64,000 bases of DNA from the human T2T-CHM13v2.0 reference genome, Homo sapiens. The stretch lies in assembly GCF_009914755.1 (NCBI RefSeq), contig NC_060941.1, one strand, 5' to 3'. Position numbers and translations under genes: made by a program. Positions 25,754 through 40,900 of this stretch are shown here, piece by piece (position 1 is the stretch's first letter; each line of letters begins with the position of its first letter). Below the pieces are notes generated by a model. It was given only the letters and a program-made list of their open reading frames with translations. It made no database searches and was not told the origin of the DNA.

Positions 25754-25902
25754 TAACTGCACCTAACTAAACAGAAGCATTCTCAGAAACTTCTTTGTGA
25801 TATTTGCATTCAAATCCCAGAGTTGAAACTTCCTTTGATAGGTCAGGTTTGAAACACTCTTTCTGTACGATCTGCAAGTGGATATTTGGACCACTCTGTG
25901 GC

Positions 25903-25919
25903 CTTCGTTCGAAACGGGT
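25903..25919 (+). promoter_or_regulatory. CENP-B box variant, monomer I of the 14-mer (recurs every 2382 bp)
   Basis: cttcgttcgaaacgggt retains the essential core. Confidence 0.85.
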
Positions 25920-28900
25920 ACATCTTCACATAACATCTAGACAGAAGCCTTCTCAGAAACTTCTCTGTGATGATTGCATTCAACTCACAGAGTTGAACCC
26001 TCCTATAGATATAGCAGTTCTGAATCTCTCTTTTTGTGGAATCTGCAAGTGGATATGTGGACCTCTTTGAAGATGTCTTTGGAAACGGGAATATCTTCAC
26101 ATAAAAATTAAACAGAAGCATTCTCAGAAACTTCTCTCTCATGTTTGCGTTCAACTCACACAGTTTCACATTGCTTTTCATAGAGCAGTTCTGAAACATG
26201 CTTTTCGGACTGTCTGCAAGTGGACATTTGGAGAGCTTTCAGGCCTGTGTTGGAAAATGAATTATCGTCACATAGACACTAGAGAGAAGCATTGTCAGGA
26301 ACTTGTTTGTGATGGTTGCATTCAACTCACAGAGTTGAAGGTTCCTTTTCAACCAGCAGTTTCCAAGCACGCCTTCTGTGGAATCTGCAAGTGGATATTT
26401 GGACCTCTTTGAAGATATCGTTGGAAACGGGATAATCTTCACAGAAAAGCTAAACAGAAGCATTCTCAGAAACTCCTTTGTGATGTTTGCATTCAACTCA
26501 CAGAGTTGAACATTCCTTTTGAGAGACAAGCTTTGAAACACTCTTTCTCTAGAATCTGCAAGTGGATATTTGGAGGGCTTTGAGGCCTGTGGTGGAAAGG
26601 GAATTCTCTTCCAGTAAAAACTAGATAGAAGCATTCTCAGAAACTACTTTGTGATGATTGCATTCAAGTCACAGAGTTGAATATTCCCTTTGACAGAGCA
26701 CTTTGGAAACTCTCGCTGTGTAGAATCTGCAAGTGGAGATATGGACCGCTTTGAGGCCTATGGTAGTAAAGGAAATAGCTTCATAGAAAAACTAGACAGT
26801 AGCATTCTCAGAAAACTGTTTGTGACGACTGAGTTTAACTCACAAGGCTGAACATTCCTTTGGATGGAGCAGTTTCGAAACACACTCTTTGTAGAATCTG
26901 CAAGTGGATATTTGGGCCTCTCTGAGGATTTCATTGGAAAAGGGATAAACCGCACAGAACTAAACAGAAGCATTCTCAGAACCTTCTTCGTGATGTTTGC
27001 ATTCAACTCACAGTGTTGAACCTTTTTTGATAGTTCAGGTTTGAAACACTCTTTTTGTAGAAACTGCAAGTGGATAATTGCACTTCTTTGAGGCCTATCC
27101 TACTAAAGGAAATAACTTCTTCATATAAAATCAAGACAGAAGGTTTCTCAGAAAATCCTCTGGGATGATTGAGTTGAACTCACAGAGCTGTACTTTCCTT
27201 GGGATGGAGTAGTTTCGAAACACACTTTCTGTAGAATCTGCAAGTGGATATTTGGACCTGTCTGAGGAATTTGTTGGTAACGGGATAATTTCAGCTAACT
27301 AAACAGAAGCAGTCTCTGAATTTTCTTTGTGATGTTTGCATTCAAATCCCAGAATTGCACCTTCCTTGGAAACTTCAGGTTTGAAACCCTCATTTTGCAG
27401 GATCTACAAGTGGATATTTGGACCACTCTGTGGTCTTCGTTCGAAACGGGTATATCTTCACATAACGTCTAGACAGAAGCATTCTCAGAAACTTTTCTGT
27501 GATGACTGCATTCAACTCACAGAGTTGAACACTCCTTTTGAGAGCGCAGTTTTGAAACTCTCTTTCTGTGGAATCTGCAAGGGGACATGTAGACCTCTTT
27601 GAAGGTTTCGTTGGAAACAGAATCATCTTCACAAAAAAATTACACGGAAGCATTCTCAGGAACCCCTTGGTGCTGATTGTATTCAACTTCCAGAGTTGAA
27701 CTTTCCTTCGGAGAGAGCAGCTATGAAACACTCTTTTTCTAGAATCTGCAAGTGGATATTTGGAGGGCTTTGAGGTTTGTGGTGGAAAAGGAAATATCTT
27801 CACATAAATACTAGATGGAAGCATTCTCAGAAACTACTTTGTGATGATTGCATTCACCTCACAGAGTTGAACATTCCTATTGAGAGAGCAGTTTGGAAAC
27901 ACTCTTGTTGGAGAATCTGCAAGTGGAGATTTGGAGCGCTTTGAGGCCTATGGTACTAAAGGGAATAGCTTCATATAAAAACTAGGCAGAAGCATTCTCA
28001 GAAAATACTTTGTGATGATTGAGTTTAACTCACAGAGCTGAACATTCCTTTGGATGGAGCAGGTTTGAAACACACTTTTTGTAGAATCTGCAAGTGGATA
28101 TTTGGACCTCTCTGAGGATTTCGTTGGAAACGGGATAACTGCACCTAACTAAACAGAAGCATTCTCAGAAACTTCTTTGTGATATTTGCATTCAAATCCC
28201 AGAGTTGAAACTTCCTTTGATAGGTCAGGTTTGAAACACTCTTTCTGTACGATCTGCAAGTGGATATTTGGACCACTCTGTGGCCTTCGTTCGAAACGGG
28301 TACATCTTCACATAACATCTAGACAGAAGCCTTCTCAGAAACTTCTCTGTGATGATTGCATTCAACTCACAGAGTTGAACCCTCCTATAGATATAGCAGT
28401 TCTGAATCTCTCTTTTTGTGGAATCTGCAAGTGGATATGTGGACCTCTTTGAAGATGTCTTTGGAAACGGGAATATCTTCACATAAAAATTAAACAGAAG
28501 CATTCTCAGAAACTTCTCTCTCATGTTTGCGTTCAACTCACACAGTTTCACATTGCTTTTCATAGAGCAGTTCTGAAACATGCTTTTCGGACTGTCTGCA
28601 AGTGGACATTTGGAGAGCTTTCAGGCCTGTGTTGGAAAATGAATTATCGTCACATAGACACTAGAGAGAAGCATTGTCAGGAACTTGTTTGTGATGGTTG
28701 CATTCAACTCACAGAGTTGAAGGTTCCTTTTCAACCAGCAGTTTCCAAGCACGCCTTCTGTGGAATCTGCAAGTGGATATTTGGACCTCTTTGAAGATAT
28801 CGTTGGAAACGGGATAATCTTCACAGAAAAGCTAAACAGAAGCATTCTCAGAAACTCCTTTGTGATGTTTGCATTCAACTCACAGAGTTGAACATTCCTT

Positions 28901-31900
28901 TTGAGAGACAAGCTTTGAAACACTCTTTCTCTAGAATCTGCAAGTGGATATTTGGAGGGCTTTGAGGCCTGTGGTGGAAAGGGAATTCTCTTCCAGTAAA
29001 AACTAGATAGAAGCATTCTCAGAAACTATTTTGTGATGATTGCATTCAAGTCACAGAGTTGAATATTCCCTTTGACAGAGCACTTTGGAAACTCTCGCTG
29101 TGTAGAATCTGCAAGTGGAGATATGGACCGCTTTGAGGCCTATGGTAGTAAAGGAAATAGCTTCATAGAAAAACTAGACAGTAGCATTCTCAGAAAACTG
29201 TTTGTGACGACTGAGTTTAACTCACAAGGCTGAACATTCCTTTGGATGGAGCAGTTTCGAAACACACTCTTTGTAGAATCTGCAAGTGGATATTTGGGCC
29301 TCTCTGAGGATTTCATTGGAAAAGGGATAAACCGCACAGAACTAAACAGAAGCATTCTCAGAACCTTCTTCGTGATGTTTGCATTCAACTCACAGTGTTG
29401 AACCTTTTTTGATAGTTCAGGTTTGAAACACTCTTTTTGTAGAAACTGCAAGTGGATAATTGCACTTCTTTGAGGCCTATCCTATTAAAGGAAATAACTT
29501 CTTCATATAAAATCAAGACAGAAGCTTTCTCAGAAAATCCTCTGGGATGATTGAGTTGAACTCACAGAGCTGTACTTTCCTTGGGATGGAGTAGTTTCGA
29601 AACACACTTTCTGTAGAATCTGCAAGTGGATATTTGGACCTGTCTGAGGAATTTGTTGGTAACGGGATAATTTCAGCTAACTAAACAGAAGCAGTCTCTG
29701 AATTTTCTTTGTGATGTTTGCATTCAAATCCCAGAATTGCACCTTCCTTGGAAACTTCAGGTTTGAAACCCTCATTTTGCAGGATCTACAAGTGGATATT
29801 TGGACCACTCTGTGGCCTTCGTTCGAAACGGGTATATCTTCACATAACGTCTAGACAGAAGCATTCTCAGAAACTTTTCTGTGATGACTGCATTCAACTC
29901 ACAGAGTTGAACACTCCTTTTGAGAGCGCAGTTTTGAAACTCTCTTTCTGTGGAATCTGCAAGGGGACATGTAGACCTCTTTGAAGGTTTCGTTGGAAAC
30001 AGAATCATCTTCACAAAAAAATTACACGGAAGCATTCTCAGGAACCCCTTGGTGCTGATTGTATTCAACTTCCAGAGTTGAACTTTCCTTCGGAGAGAGC
30101 AGCTATGAAACACTCTTTTTCTAGAATCTGCAAGTGGATATTTGGAGGGCTTTGAGGCTTGTGGTGGAAAAGGAAATATCTTCACATAAATACTAGATGG
30201 AAGCATTCTCAGAAACTACTTTGTGATGATTGCATTCACCTCACAGAGTTGAACATTCCTATTGAGAGAGCAGTTTGGAAACACTCTTGTTGGAGAATCT
30301 GAAAGTGGAGATTTGGAGCGCTTTGAGGCCTATGGTACTAAAGGGAATAGCTTCATATAAAAACTAGGCAGAAGCATTCTCAGAAAATACTTTGTGATGA
30401 TTGAGTTTAACTCACAGAGCTGAACATTCCTTTGGATGGAGCAGGTTTGAAACACACTTTTTGTAGAATCTGCAAGTGGATATTTGGACCTCTCTGAGGA
30501 TTTCGTTGGAAACGGGATAACTGCACCTAACTAAACAGAAGCATTCTCAGAAACTTCTTTGTGATATTTGCATTCAAATCCCAGAGTTGAAACTTCCTTT
30601 GATAGGTCAGGTTTGAAACACTCTTTCTGTACGATCTGCAAGTGGATATTTGGACCACTCTGTGGCCTTCGTTCGAAACGGGTACATCTTCACATAACAT
30701 CTAGACAGAAGCCTTCTCAGAAACTTCTCTGTGATGATTGCATTCAACTCACAGAGTTGAACCCTCCTATAGATATAGCAGTTCTGAATCTCTCTTTTTG
30801 TGGAATCTGCAAGTGGATATGTGGACCTCTTTGAAGATGTCTTTGGAAACGGGAATATCTTCACATAAAAATTAAACAGAAGCATTCTCAGAAACTTCTC
30901 TCTCATGTTTGCGTTCAACTCACACAGTTTCACATTGCTTTTCATAGAGCAGTTCTGAAACATGCTTTTCGGACTGTCTGCAAGTGGACATTTGGAGAGC
31001 TTTCAGGCCTGTGTTGGAAAATGAATTATCGTCACATAGACACTAGAGAGAAGCATTGTCAGGAACTTGTTTGTGATGGTTGCATTCAACTCACAGAGTT
31101 GAAGGTTCCTTTTCAACCAGCAGTTTCCAAGCACGCCTTCTGTGGAATCTGCAAGTGGATATTTGGACCTCTTTGAAGATATCGTTGGAAACGGGATAAT
31201 CTTCACAGAAAAGCTAAACAGAAGCATTCTCAGAAACTCCTTTGTGATGTTTGCATTCAACTCACAGAGTTGAACATTCCTTTTGAGAGACAAGCTTTGA
31301 AACACTCTTTCTCTAGAATCTGCAAGTGGATATTTGGAGGGCTTTGAGGCCTGTGGTGGAAAGGGAATTCTCTTCCAGTAAAAACTAGATAGAAGCATTC
31401 TCAGAAACTACTTTGTGATGATTGCATTCAAGTCACAGAGTTGAATATTCCCTTTGACAGAGCACTTTGGAAACTCTCGCTGTGTAGAATCTGCAAGTGG
31501 AGATATGGACCGCTTTGAGGCCTATGGTAGTAAAGGAAATAGCTTCATAGAAAAACTAGACAGTAGCATTCTCAGAAAACTGTTTGTGACGACTGAGTTT
31601 AACTCACAAGGCTGAACATTCCTTTGGATGGAGCAGTTTCGAAACACACTCTTTGTAGAATCTGCAAGTGGATATTTGGGCCTCTCTGAGGATTTCATTG
31701 GAAAAGGGATAAACCGCACAGAACTAAACAGAAGCATTCTCAGAACCTTCTTCGTGATGTTTGCATTCAACTCACAGTGTTGAACCTTTTTTGATAGTTC
31801 AGGTTTGAAACACTCTTTTTGTAGAAACTGCAAGTGGATAATTGCACTTCTTTGAGGCCTATCCTACTAAAGGAAATAACTTCTTCATATAAAATCAAGA

Positions 31901-34900
31901 CAGAAGGTTTCTCAGAAAATCCTCTGGGATGATTGAGTTGAACTCACAGAGCTGTACTTTCCTTGGGATGGAGTAGTTTCGAAACACACTTTCTGTAGAA
32001 TCTGCAAGTGGATATTTGGACCTGTCTGAGGAATTTGTTGGTAACGGGATAATTTCAGCTAACTAAACAGAAGCAGTCTCTGAATTTTCTTTGTGATGTT
32101 TGCATTCAAATCCCAGAATTGCACCTTCCTTGGAAAGTTCAGGTTTGAAACCCTCATTTTGCAGGATCTACAAGTGGATATTTGGACCACTCTGTGGCCT
32201 TCGTTCGAAACGGGTATATCTTCACATAACGTCTAGACAGAAGCATTCTCAGAAACTTTTCTGTGATGACTGCATTCAACTCACAGAGTTGAACACTCCT
32301 TTTGAGAGCGCAGTTTTGAAACTCTCTTTCTGTGGAATCTGCAAGGGGACATGTAGACCTCTTTGAAGGTTTCATTGGAAACAGAATCATCTTCACAAAA
32401 AAATTACACGGAAGCATTCTCAGGAACCCCTTGGTGCTGATTGTATTCAACTTCCAGAGTTGAACTTTCCTTCGGAGAGAGCAGCTATGAAACACTCTTT
32501 TTCTAGAATCTGCAAGTGGATATTTGGAGGGCTTTGAGGTTTGTGGTGGAAAAGGAAATATCTTCACATAAATACTAGATGGAAGCATTCTCAGAAACTA
32601 CTTTGTGATGATTGCATTCACCTCACAGAGTTGAACATTCCTATTGAGAGAGCAGTTTGGAAACACTCTTGTTGGAGAATCTGCAAGTGGAGATTTGGAG
32701 CGCTTTGAGGCCTATGGTACTAAAGGGAATAGCTTCATATAAAAACTAGGCAGAAGCATTCTCAGAAAATACTTTGTGATGATTGAGTTTAACTCACAGA
32801 GCTGAACATTCCTTTGGATGGAGCAGGTTTGAAACACACTTTTTGTAGAATCTGCAAGTGGATATTTGGACCTCTCTGAGGATTTCGTTGGAAACGGGAT
32901 AACTGCACCTAACTAAACAGAAGCATTCTCAGAAACTTCTTTGTGATATTTGCATTCAAATCCCAGAGTTGAAACTTCCTTTGATAGGTCAGGTTTGAAA
33001 CACTCTTTCTGTACGATCTGCAAGTGGATATTTGGACCACTCTGTGGCCTTCGTTCGAAACGGGTACATCTTCACATAACATCTAGACAGAAGCCTTCTC
33101 AGAAACTTCTCTGTGATGATTGCATTCAACTCACAGAGTTGAACCCTCCTATAGATATAGCAGTTCTGAATCTCTCTTTTTGTGGAATCTGCAAGTGGAT
33201 ATGTGGACCTCTTTGAAGATGTCTTTGGAAACGGGAATATCTTCACATAAAAATTAAACAGAAGCATTCTCAGAAACTTCTCTCTCATGTTTGCGTTCAA
33301 CTCACACAGTTTCACATTGCTTTTCATAGAGCAGTTCTGAAACATGCTTTTCGGACTGTCTGCAAGTGGACATTTGGAGAGCTTTCAGGCCTGTGTTGGA
33401 AAATGAATTATCGTCACATAGACACTAGAGAGAAGCATTGTCAGGAACTTGTTTGTGATGGTTGCATTCAACTCACAGAGTTGAAGGTTCCTTTTCAACC
33501 AGCAGTTTCCAAGCACGCCTTCTGTGGAATCTGCAAGTGGATATTTGGACCTCTTTGAAGATATCGTTGGAAACGGGATAATCTTCACAGAAAAGCTAAA
33601 CAGAAGCATTCTCAGAAACTCCTTTGTGATGTTTGCATTCAACTCACAGAGTTGAACATTCCTTTTGAGAGACAAGCTTTGAAACACTCTTTCTCTAGAA
33701 TCTGCAAGTGGATATTTGGAGGGCTTTGAGGCCTGTGGTGGAAAGGGAATTCTCTTCCAGTAAAAACTAGATAGAAGCATTCTCAGAAACTACTTTGTGA
33801 TGATTGCATTCAAGTCACAGAGTTGAATATTCCCTTTGACAGAGCACTTTGGAAACTCTCGCTGTGTAGAATCTGCAAGTGGAGATATGGACCGCTTTGA
33901 GGCCTATGGTAGTAAAGGAAATAGCTTCATAGAAAAACTAGACAGTAGCATTCTCAGAAAACTGTTTGTGACGACTGAGTTTAACTCACAAGGCTGAACA
34001 TTCCTTTGGATGGAGCAGTTTCGAAACACACACTTTGTAGAATCTGCAAGTGGATATTTGGGCCTCTCTGAGGATTTCATTGGAAAAGGGATAAACCGCA
34101 CAGAACTAAACAGAAGCATTCTCAGAACCTTCTTCGTGATGTTTGCATTCAACTCACAGTGTTGAACCTTTTTTGATAGTTCAGGTTTGAAACACTCTTT
34201 TTGTAGAAACTGCAAGTGGATAATTGCACTTCTTTGAGGCCTATCCTACTAAAGGAAATAACTTCTTCATATAAAATCAAGACAGAAGGTTTCTCAGAAA
34301 ATCCTCTGGGATGATTGAGTTGAACTCACAGAGCTGTACTTTCCTTGGGATGGAGTAGTTTCGAAACACACTTTCTGTAGAATCTGCAAGTGGATATTTG
34401 GACCTGTCTGAGGAATTTGTTGGTAACGGGATAATTTCAGCTAACTAAACAGAAGCAGTCTCTGAATTTTCTTTGTGATGTTTGCATTCAAATCCCAGAA
34501 TTGCACCTTCCTTGGAAAGTTCAGGTTTGAAACCCTCATTTTGCAGGATCTACAAGTGGATATTTGGACCACTCTGTGGTCTTCGTTCGAAACGGGTATA
34601 TCTTCACATAACGTCTAGACAGAAGCATTCTCAGAAACTTTTCTGTGATGACTGCATTCAACTCACAGAGTTGAACACTCCTTTTGAGAGCGCAGTTTTG
34701 AAACTCTCTTTCTGTGGAATCTGCAAGGGGACATGTAGACCTCTTTGAAGGTTTCGTTGGAAACAGAATCATCTTCACAAAAAAATTACACGGAAGCATT
34801 CTCAGGAACCCCTTGGTGCTGATTGTATTCAACTTCCAGAGTTGAACTTTCCTTCGGAGAGAGCAGCTATGAAACACTCTTTTTCTAGAATCTGCAAGTG

Positions 34901-37900
34901 GATATTTGGAGGGCTTTGAGGTTTGTGGTGGAAAAGGAAATATCTTCACATAAATACTAGATGGAAGCATTCTCAGAAACTACTTTGTGATGATTGCATT
35001 CACCTCACAGAGTTGAACATTCCTATTGAGAGAGCAGTTTGGAAACACTCTTGTTGGAGAATCTGCAAGTGGAGATTTGGAGCGCTTTGAGGCCTATGGT
35101 ACTAAAGGGAATAGCTTCATATAAAAACTAGGCAGAAGCATTCTCAGAAAATACTTTGTGATGATTGAGTTTAACTCACAGAGCTGAACATTCCTTTGGA
35201 TGGAGCAGGTTTGAAACACACTTTTTGTAGAATCTGCAAGTGGATATTTGGACCTCTCTGAGGATTTCGTTGGAAACGGGATAACTGCACCTAACTAAAC
35301 AGAAGCATTCTCAGAAACTTCTTTGTGATATTTGCATTCAAATCCCAGAGTTGAAACTTCCTTTGATAGGTCAGGTTTGAAACACTCTTTCTGTACGATC
35401 TGCAAGTGGATATTTGGACCACTCTGTGGCCTTCGTTCGAAACGGGTACATCTTCACATAACATCTAGACAGAAGCCTTCTCAGAAACTTCTCTGTGATG
35501 ATTGCATTCAACTCACAGAGTTGAACCCTCCTATAGATATAGCAGTTCTGAATCTCTCTTTTTGTGGAATCTGCAAGTGGATATGTGGACCTCTTTGAAG
35601 ATGTCTTTGGAAACGGGAATATCTTCACATAAAAATTAAACAGAAGCATTCTCAGAAACTTCTCTCTCATGTTTGCGTTCAACTCACACAGTTTCACATT
35701 GCTTTTCATAGAGCAGTTCTGAAACATGCTTTTCGGACTGTCTGCAAGTGGACATTTGGAGAGCTTTCAGGCCTGTGTTGGAAAATGAATTATCGTCACA
35801 TAGACACTAGAGAGAAGCATTGTCAGGAACTTGTTTGTGATGGTTGCATTCAACTCACAGAGTTGAAGGTTCCTTTTCAACCAGCAGTTTCCAAGCACGC
35901 CTTCTGTGGAATCTGCAAGTGGATATTTGGACCTCTTTGAAGATATCGTTGGAAACGGGATAATCTTCACAGAAAAGCTAAACAGAAGCATTCTCAGAAA
36001 CTCCTTTGTGATGTTTGCATTCAACTCACAGAGTTGAACATTCCTTTTGAGAGACAAGCTTTGAAACACTCTTTCTCTAGAATCTGCAAGTGGATATTTG
36101 GAGGGCTTTGAGGCCTGTGGTGGAAAGGGAATTCTCTTCCAGTAAAAACTAGATAGAAGCATTCTCAGAAACTACTTTGTGATGATTGCATTCAAGTCAC
36201 AGAGTTGAATATTCCCTTTGACAGAGCACTTTGGAAACTCTCGCTGTGTAGAATCTGCAAGTGGAGATATGGACCGCTTTGAGGCCTATGGTAGTAAAGG
36301 AAATAGCTTCATAGAAAAACTAGACAGTAGCATTCTCAGAAAACTGTTTGTGACGACTGAGTTTAACTCACAAGGCTGAACATTCCTTTGGATGGAGCAG
36401 TTTCGAAACACACTCTTTGTAGAATCTGCAAGTGGATATATGGGCCTCTCTGAGGATTTCATTGGAAAAGGGATAAACCGCACAGAACTAAACAGAAGCA
36501 TTCTCAGAACCTTCTTCGTGATGTTTGCATTCAACTCACAGTGTTGAACCTTTTTTGATAGTTCAGGTTTGAAACACTCTTTTTGTAGAAACTGCAAGTG
36601 GATAATTGCACTTCTTTGAGGCCTATCCTACTAAAGGAAATAACTTCTTCATATAAAATCAAGACAGAAGGTTTCTCAGAAAATCCTCTGGGATGATTGA
36701 GTTGAACTCACAGAGCTGTACTTTCCTTGGGATGGAGTAGTTTCGAAACACACTTTCTGTAGAATCTGCAAGTGGATATTTGGACCTGTCTGAGGAATTT
36801 GTTGGTAACGGGATAATTTCAGCTAACTAAACAGAAGCAGTCTCTGAATTTTCTTTGTGATGTTTGCATTCAAATCCCAGAATTGCACCTTCCTTGGAAA
36901 CTTCAGGTTTGAAACCCTCATTTTGCAGGATCTACAAGTGGATATTTGGACCACTCTGTGGCCTTCGTTCGAAACGGGTATATCTTCACATAACGTCTAG
37001 ACAGAAGCATTCTCAGAAACTTTTCTGTGATGACTGCATTCAACTCACAGAGTTGAACACTCCTTTTGAGAGCGCAGTTTTGAAACTCTCTTTCTGTGGA
37101 ATCTGCAAGGGGACATGTAGACCTCTTTGAAGGTTTCGTTGGAAACAGAATCATCTTCACAAAAAAATTACACGGAAGCATTCTCAGGAACCCCTTGGTG
37201 CTGATTGTATTCAACTTCCAGAGTTGAACTTTCCTTCGGAGAGAGCAGCTATGAAACACTCTTTTTCTAGAATCTGCAAGTGGATATTTGGAGGGCTTTG
37301 AGGCTTGTGGTGGAAAAGGAAATATCTTCACATAAATACTAGATGGAAGCATTCTCAGAAACTACTTTGTGATGATTGCATTCACCTCACAGAGTTGAAC
37401 ATTCCTATTGAGAGAGCAGTTTGGAAACACTCTTGTTGGAGAATCTGAAAGTGGAGATTTGGAGCGCTTTGAGGCCTATGGTACTAAAGGGAATAGCTTC
37501 ATATAAAAACTAGGCAGAAGCATTCTCAGAAAATACTTTGTGATGATTGAGTTTAACTCACAGAGCTGAACATTCCTTTGGATGGAGCAGGTTTGAAACA
37601 CACTTTTTGTAGAATCTGCAAGTGGATATTTGGACCTCTCTGAGGATTTCGTTGGAAACGGGATAACTGCACCTAACTAAACAGAAGCATTCTCAGAAAC
37701 TTCTTTGTGATATTTGCATTCAAATCCCAGAGTTGAAACTTCCTTTGATAGGTCAGGTTTGAAACACTCTTTCTGTACGATCTGCAAGTGGATATTTGGA
37801 CCACTCTGTGGCCTTCGTTCGAAACGGGTACATCTTCACATAACATCTAGACAGAAGCCTTCTCAGAAACTTCTCTGTGATGATTGCATTCAACTCACAG

Positions 37901-40900
37901 AGTTGAACCCTCCTATAGATATAGCAGTTCTGAATCTCTCTTTTTGTGGAATCTGCAAGTGGATATGTGGACCTCTTTGAAGATGTCTTTGGAAACGGGA
38001 ATATCTTCACATAAAAATTAAACAGAAGCATTCTCAGAAACTTCTCTCTCATGTTTGCGTTCAACTCACACAGTTTCACATTGCTTTTCATAGAGCAGTT
38101 CTGAAACATGCTTTTCGGACTGTCTGCAAGTGGACATTTGGAGAGCTTTCAGGCCTGTGTTGGAAAATGAATTATCGTCACATAGACACTAGAGAGAAGC
38201 ATTGTCAGGAACTTGTTTGTGATGGTTGCATTCAACTCACAGAGTTGAAGGTTCCTTTTCAACCAGCAGTTTCCAAGCACGCCTTCTGTGGAATCTGCAA
38301 GTGGATATTTGGACCTCTTTGAAGATATCGTTGGAAACGGGATAATCTTCACAGAAAAGCTAAACAGAAGCATTCTCAGAAACTCCTTTGTGATGTTTGC
38401 ATTCAACTCACAGAGTTGAACATTCCTTTTGAGAGACAAGCTTTGAAACACTCTTTCTCTAGAATCTGCAAGTGGATATTTGGAGGGCTTTGAGGCCTGT
38501 GGTGGAAAGGGAATTCTCTTCCAGTAAAAACTAGATAGAAGCATTCTCAGAAACTACTTTGTGATGATTGCATTCAAGTCACAGTGTTGAATATTCCCTT
38601 TGACAGAGCACTTTGGAAACTCTCGCTGTGTAGAATCTGCAAGTGGAGATATGGACCGCTTTGAGGCCTATGGTAGTAAAGGAAATAGCTTCATAGAAAA
38701 ACTAGACAGTAGCATTCTCAGAAAACTGTTTGTGACGACTGAGTTTAACTCACAAGGCTGAACATTCCTTTGGATGGAGCAGTTTCGAAACACACTCTTT
38801 GTAGAATCTGCAAGTGGATATTTGGGCCTCTCTGAGGATTTCATTGGAAAAGGGATAAACCGCACAGAACTAAACAGAAGCATTCTCAGAACCTTCTTCG
38901 TGATGTTTGCATTCAACTCACAGTGTTGAACCTTTTTTGATAGTTCAGGTTTGAAACACTCTTTTTGTAGAAACTGCAAGTGGATAATTGCACTTCTTTG
39001 AGGCCTATCCTACTAAAGGAAATAACTTCTTCATATAAAATCAAGACAGAAGGTTTCTCAGAAAATCCTCTGGGATGATTGAGTTGAACTCACAGAGCTG
39101 TACTTTCCTTGGGATGGAGTAGTTTCGAAACACACTTTCTGTAGAATCTGCAAGTGGATATTTGGACCTGTCTGAGGAATTTGTTGGTAACGGGATAATT
39201 TCAGCTAACTAAACAGAAGCAGTCTCTGAATTTTCTTTGTGATGTTTGCATTCAAATCCCAGAATTGCACCTTCCTTGGAAAGTTCAGGTTTGAAACCCT
39301 CATTTTGCAGGATCTACAAGTGGATATTTGGACCACTCTGTGGCCTTCGTTCGAAACGGGTATATCTTCACATAACGTCTAGACAGAAGCATTCTCAGAA
39401 ACTTTTCTGTGATGACTGCATTCAACTCACAGAGTTGAACACTCCTTTTGAGAGCGCAGTTTTGAAACTCTCTTTCTGTGGAATCTGCAAGGGGACATGT
39501 AGACCTCTTTGAAGGTTTCGTTGGAAACAGAATCATCTTCACAAAAAAATTACACGGAAGCATTCTCAGGAACCCCTTGGTGCTGATTGTATTCAACTTC
39601 CAGAGTTGAACTTTCCTTCGGAGAGAGCAGCTATGAAACACTCTTTTTCTAGAATCTGCAAGTGGATATTTGGAGGGCTTTGAGGTTTGTGGTGGAAAAG
39701 GAAATATCTTCACATAAATACTAGATGGAAGCATTCTCAGAAACTACTTTGTGATGATTGCATTCACCTCACAGAGTTGAACATTCCTATTGAGAGAGCA
39801 GTTTGGAAACACTCTTGTTGGAGAATCTGCAAGTGGAGATTTGGAGCGCTTTGAGGCCTATGGTACTAAAGGGAATAGCTTCATATAAAAACTAGGCAGA
39901 AGCATTCTCAGAAAATACTTTGTGATGATTGAGTTTAACTCACAGAGCTGAACATTCCTTTGGATGGAGCAGGTTTGAAACACACTTTTTGTAGAATCTG
40001 CAAGTGGATATTTGGACCTCTCTGAGGATTTCGTTGGAAACGGGATAACTGCACCTAACTAAACAGAAGCATTCTCAGAAACTTCTTTGTGATATTTGCA
40101 TTCAAATCCCAGAGTTGAAACTTCCTTTGATAGGTCAGGTTTGAAACACTCTTTCTGTACGATCTGCAAGTGGATATTTGGACCACTCTGTGGCCTTCGT
40201 TCGAAACGGGTACATCTTCACATAACATCTAGACAGAAGCCTTCTCAGAAACTTCTCTGTGATGATTGCATTCAACTCACAGAGTTGAACCCTCCTATAG
40301 ATATAGCAGTTCTGAATCTCTCTTTTTGTGGAATCTGCAAGTGGATATGTGGACCTCTTTGAAGATGTCTTTGGAAACGGGAATATCTTCACATAAAAAT
40401 TAAACAGAAGCATTCTCAGAAACTTCTCTCTCATGTTTGCGTTCAACTCACACAGTTTCACATTGCTTTTCATAGAGCAGTTCTGAAACATGCTTTTCGG
40501 ACTGTCTGCAAGTGGACATTTGGAGAGCTTTCAGGCCTGTGTTGGAAAATGAATTATCGTCACATAGACACTAGAGAGAAGCATTGTCAGGAACTTGTTT
40601 GTGATGGTTGCATTCAACTCACAGAGTTGAAGGTTCCTTTTCAACCAGCAGTTTCCAAGCACGCCTTCTGTGGAATCTGCAAGTGGATATTTGGACCTCT
40701 TTGAAGATATCGTTGGAAACGGGATAATCTTCACAGAAAAGCTAAACAGAAGCATTCTCAGAAACTCCTTTGTGATGTTTGCATTCAACTCACAGAGTTG
40801 AACATTCCTTTTGAGAGACAAGCTTTGAAACACTCTTTCTCTAGAATCTGCAAGTGGATATTTGGAGGGCTTTGAGGCCTGTGGTGGAAAGGGAATTCTC

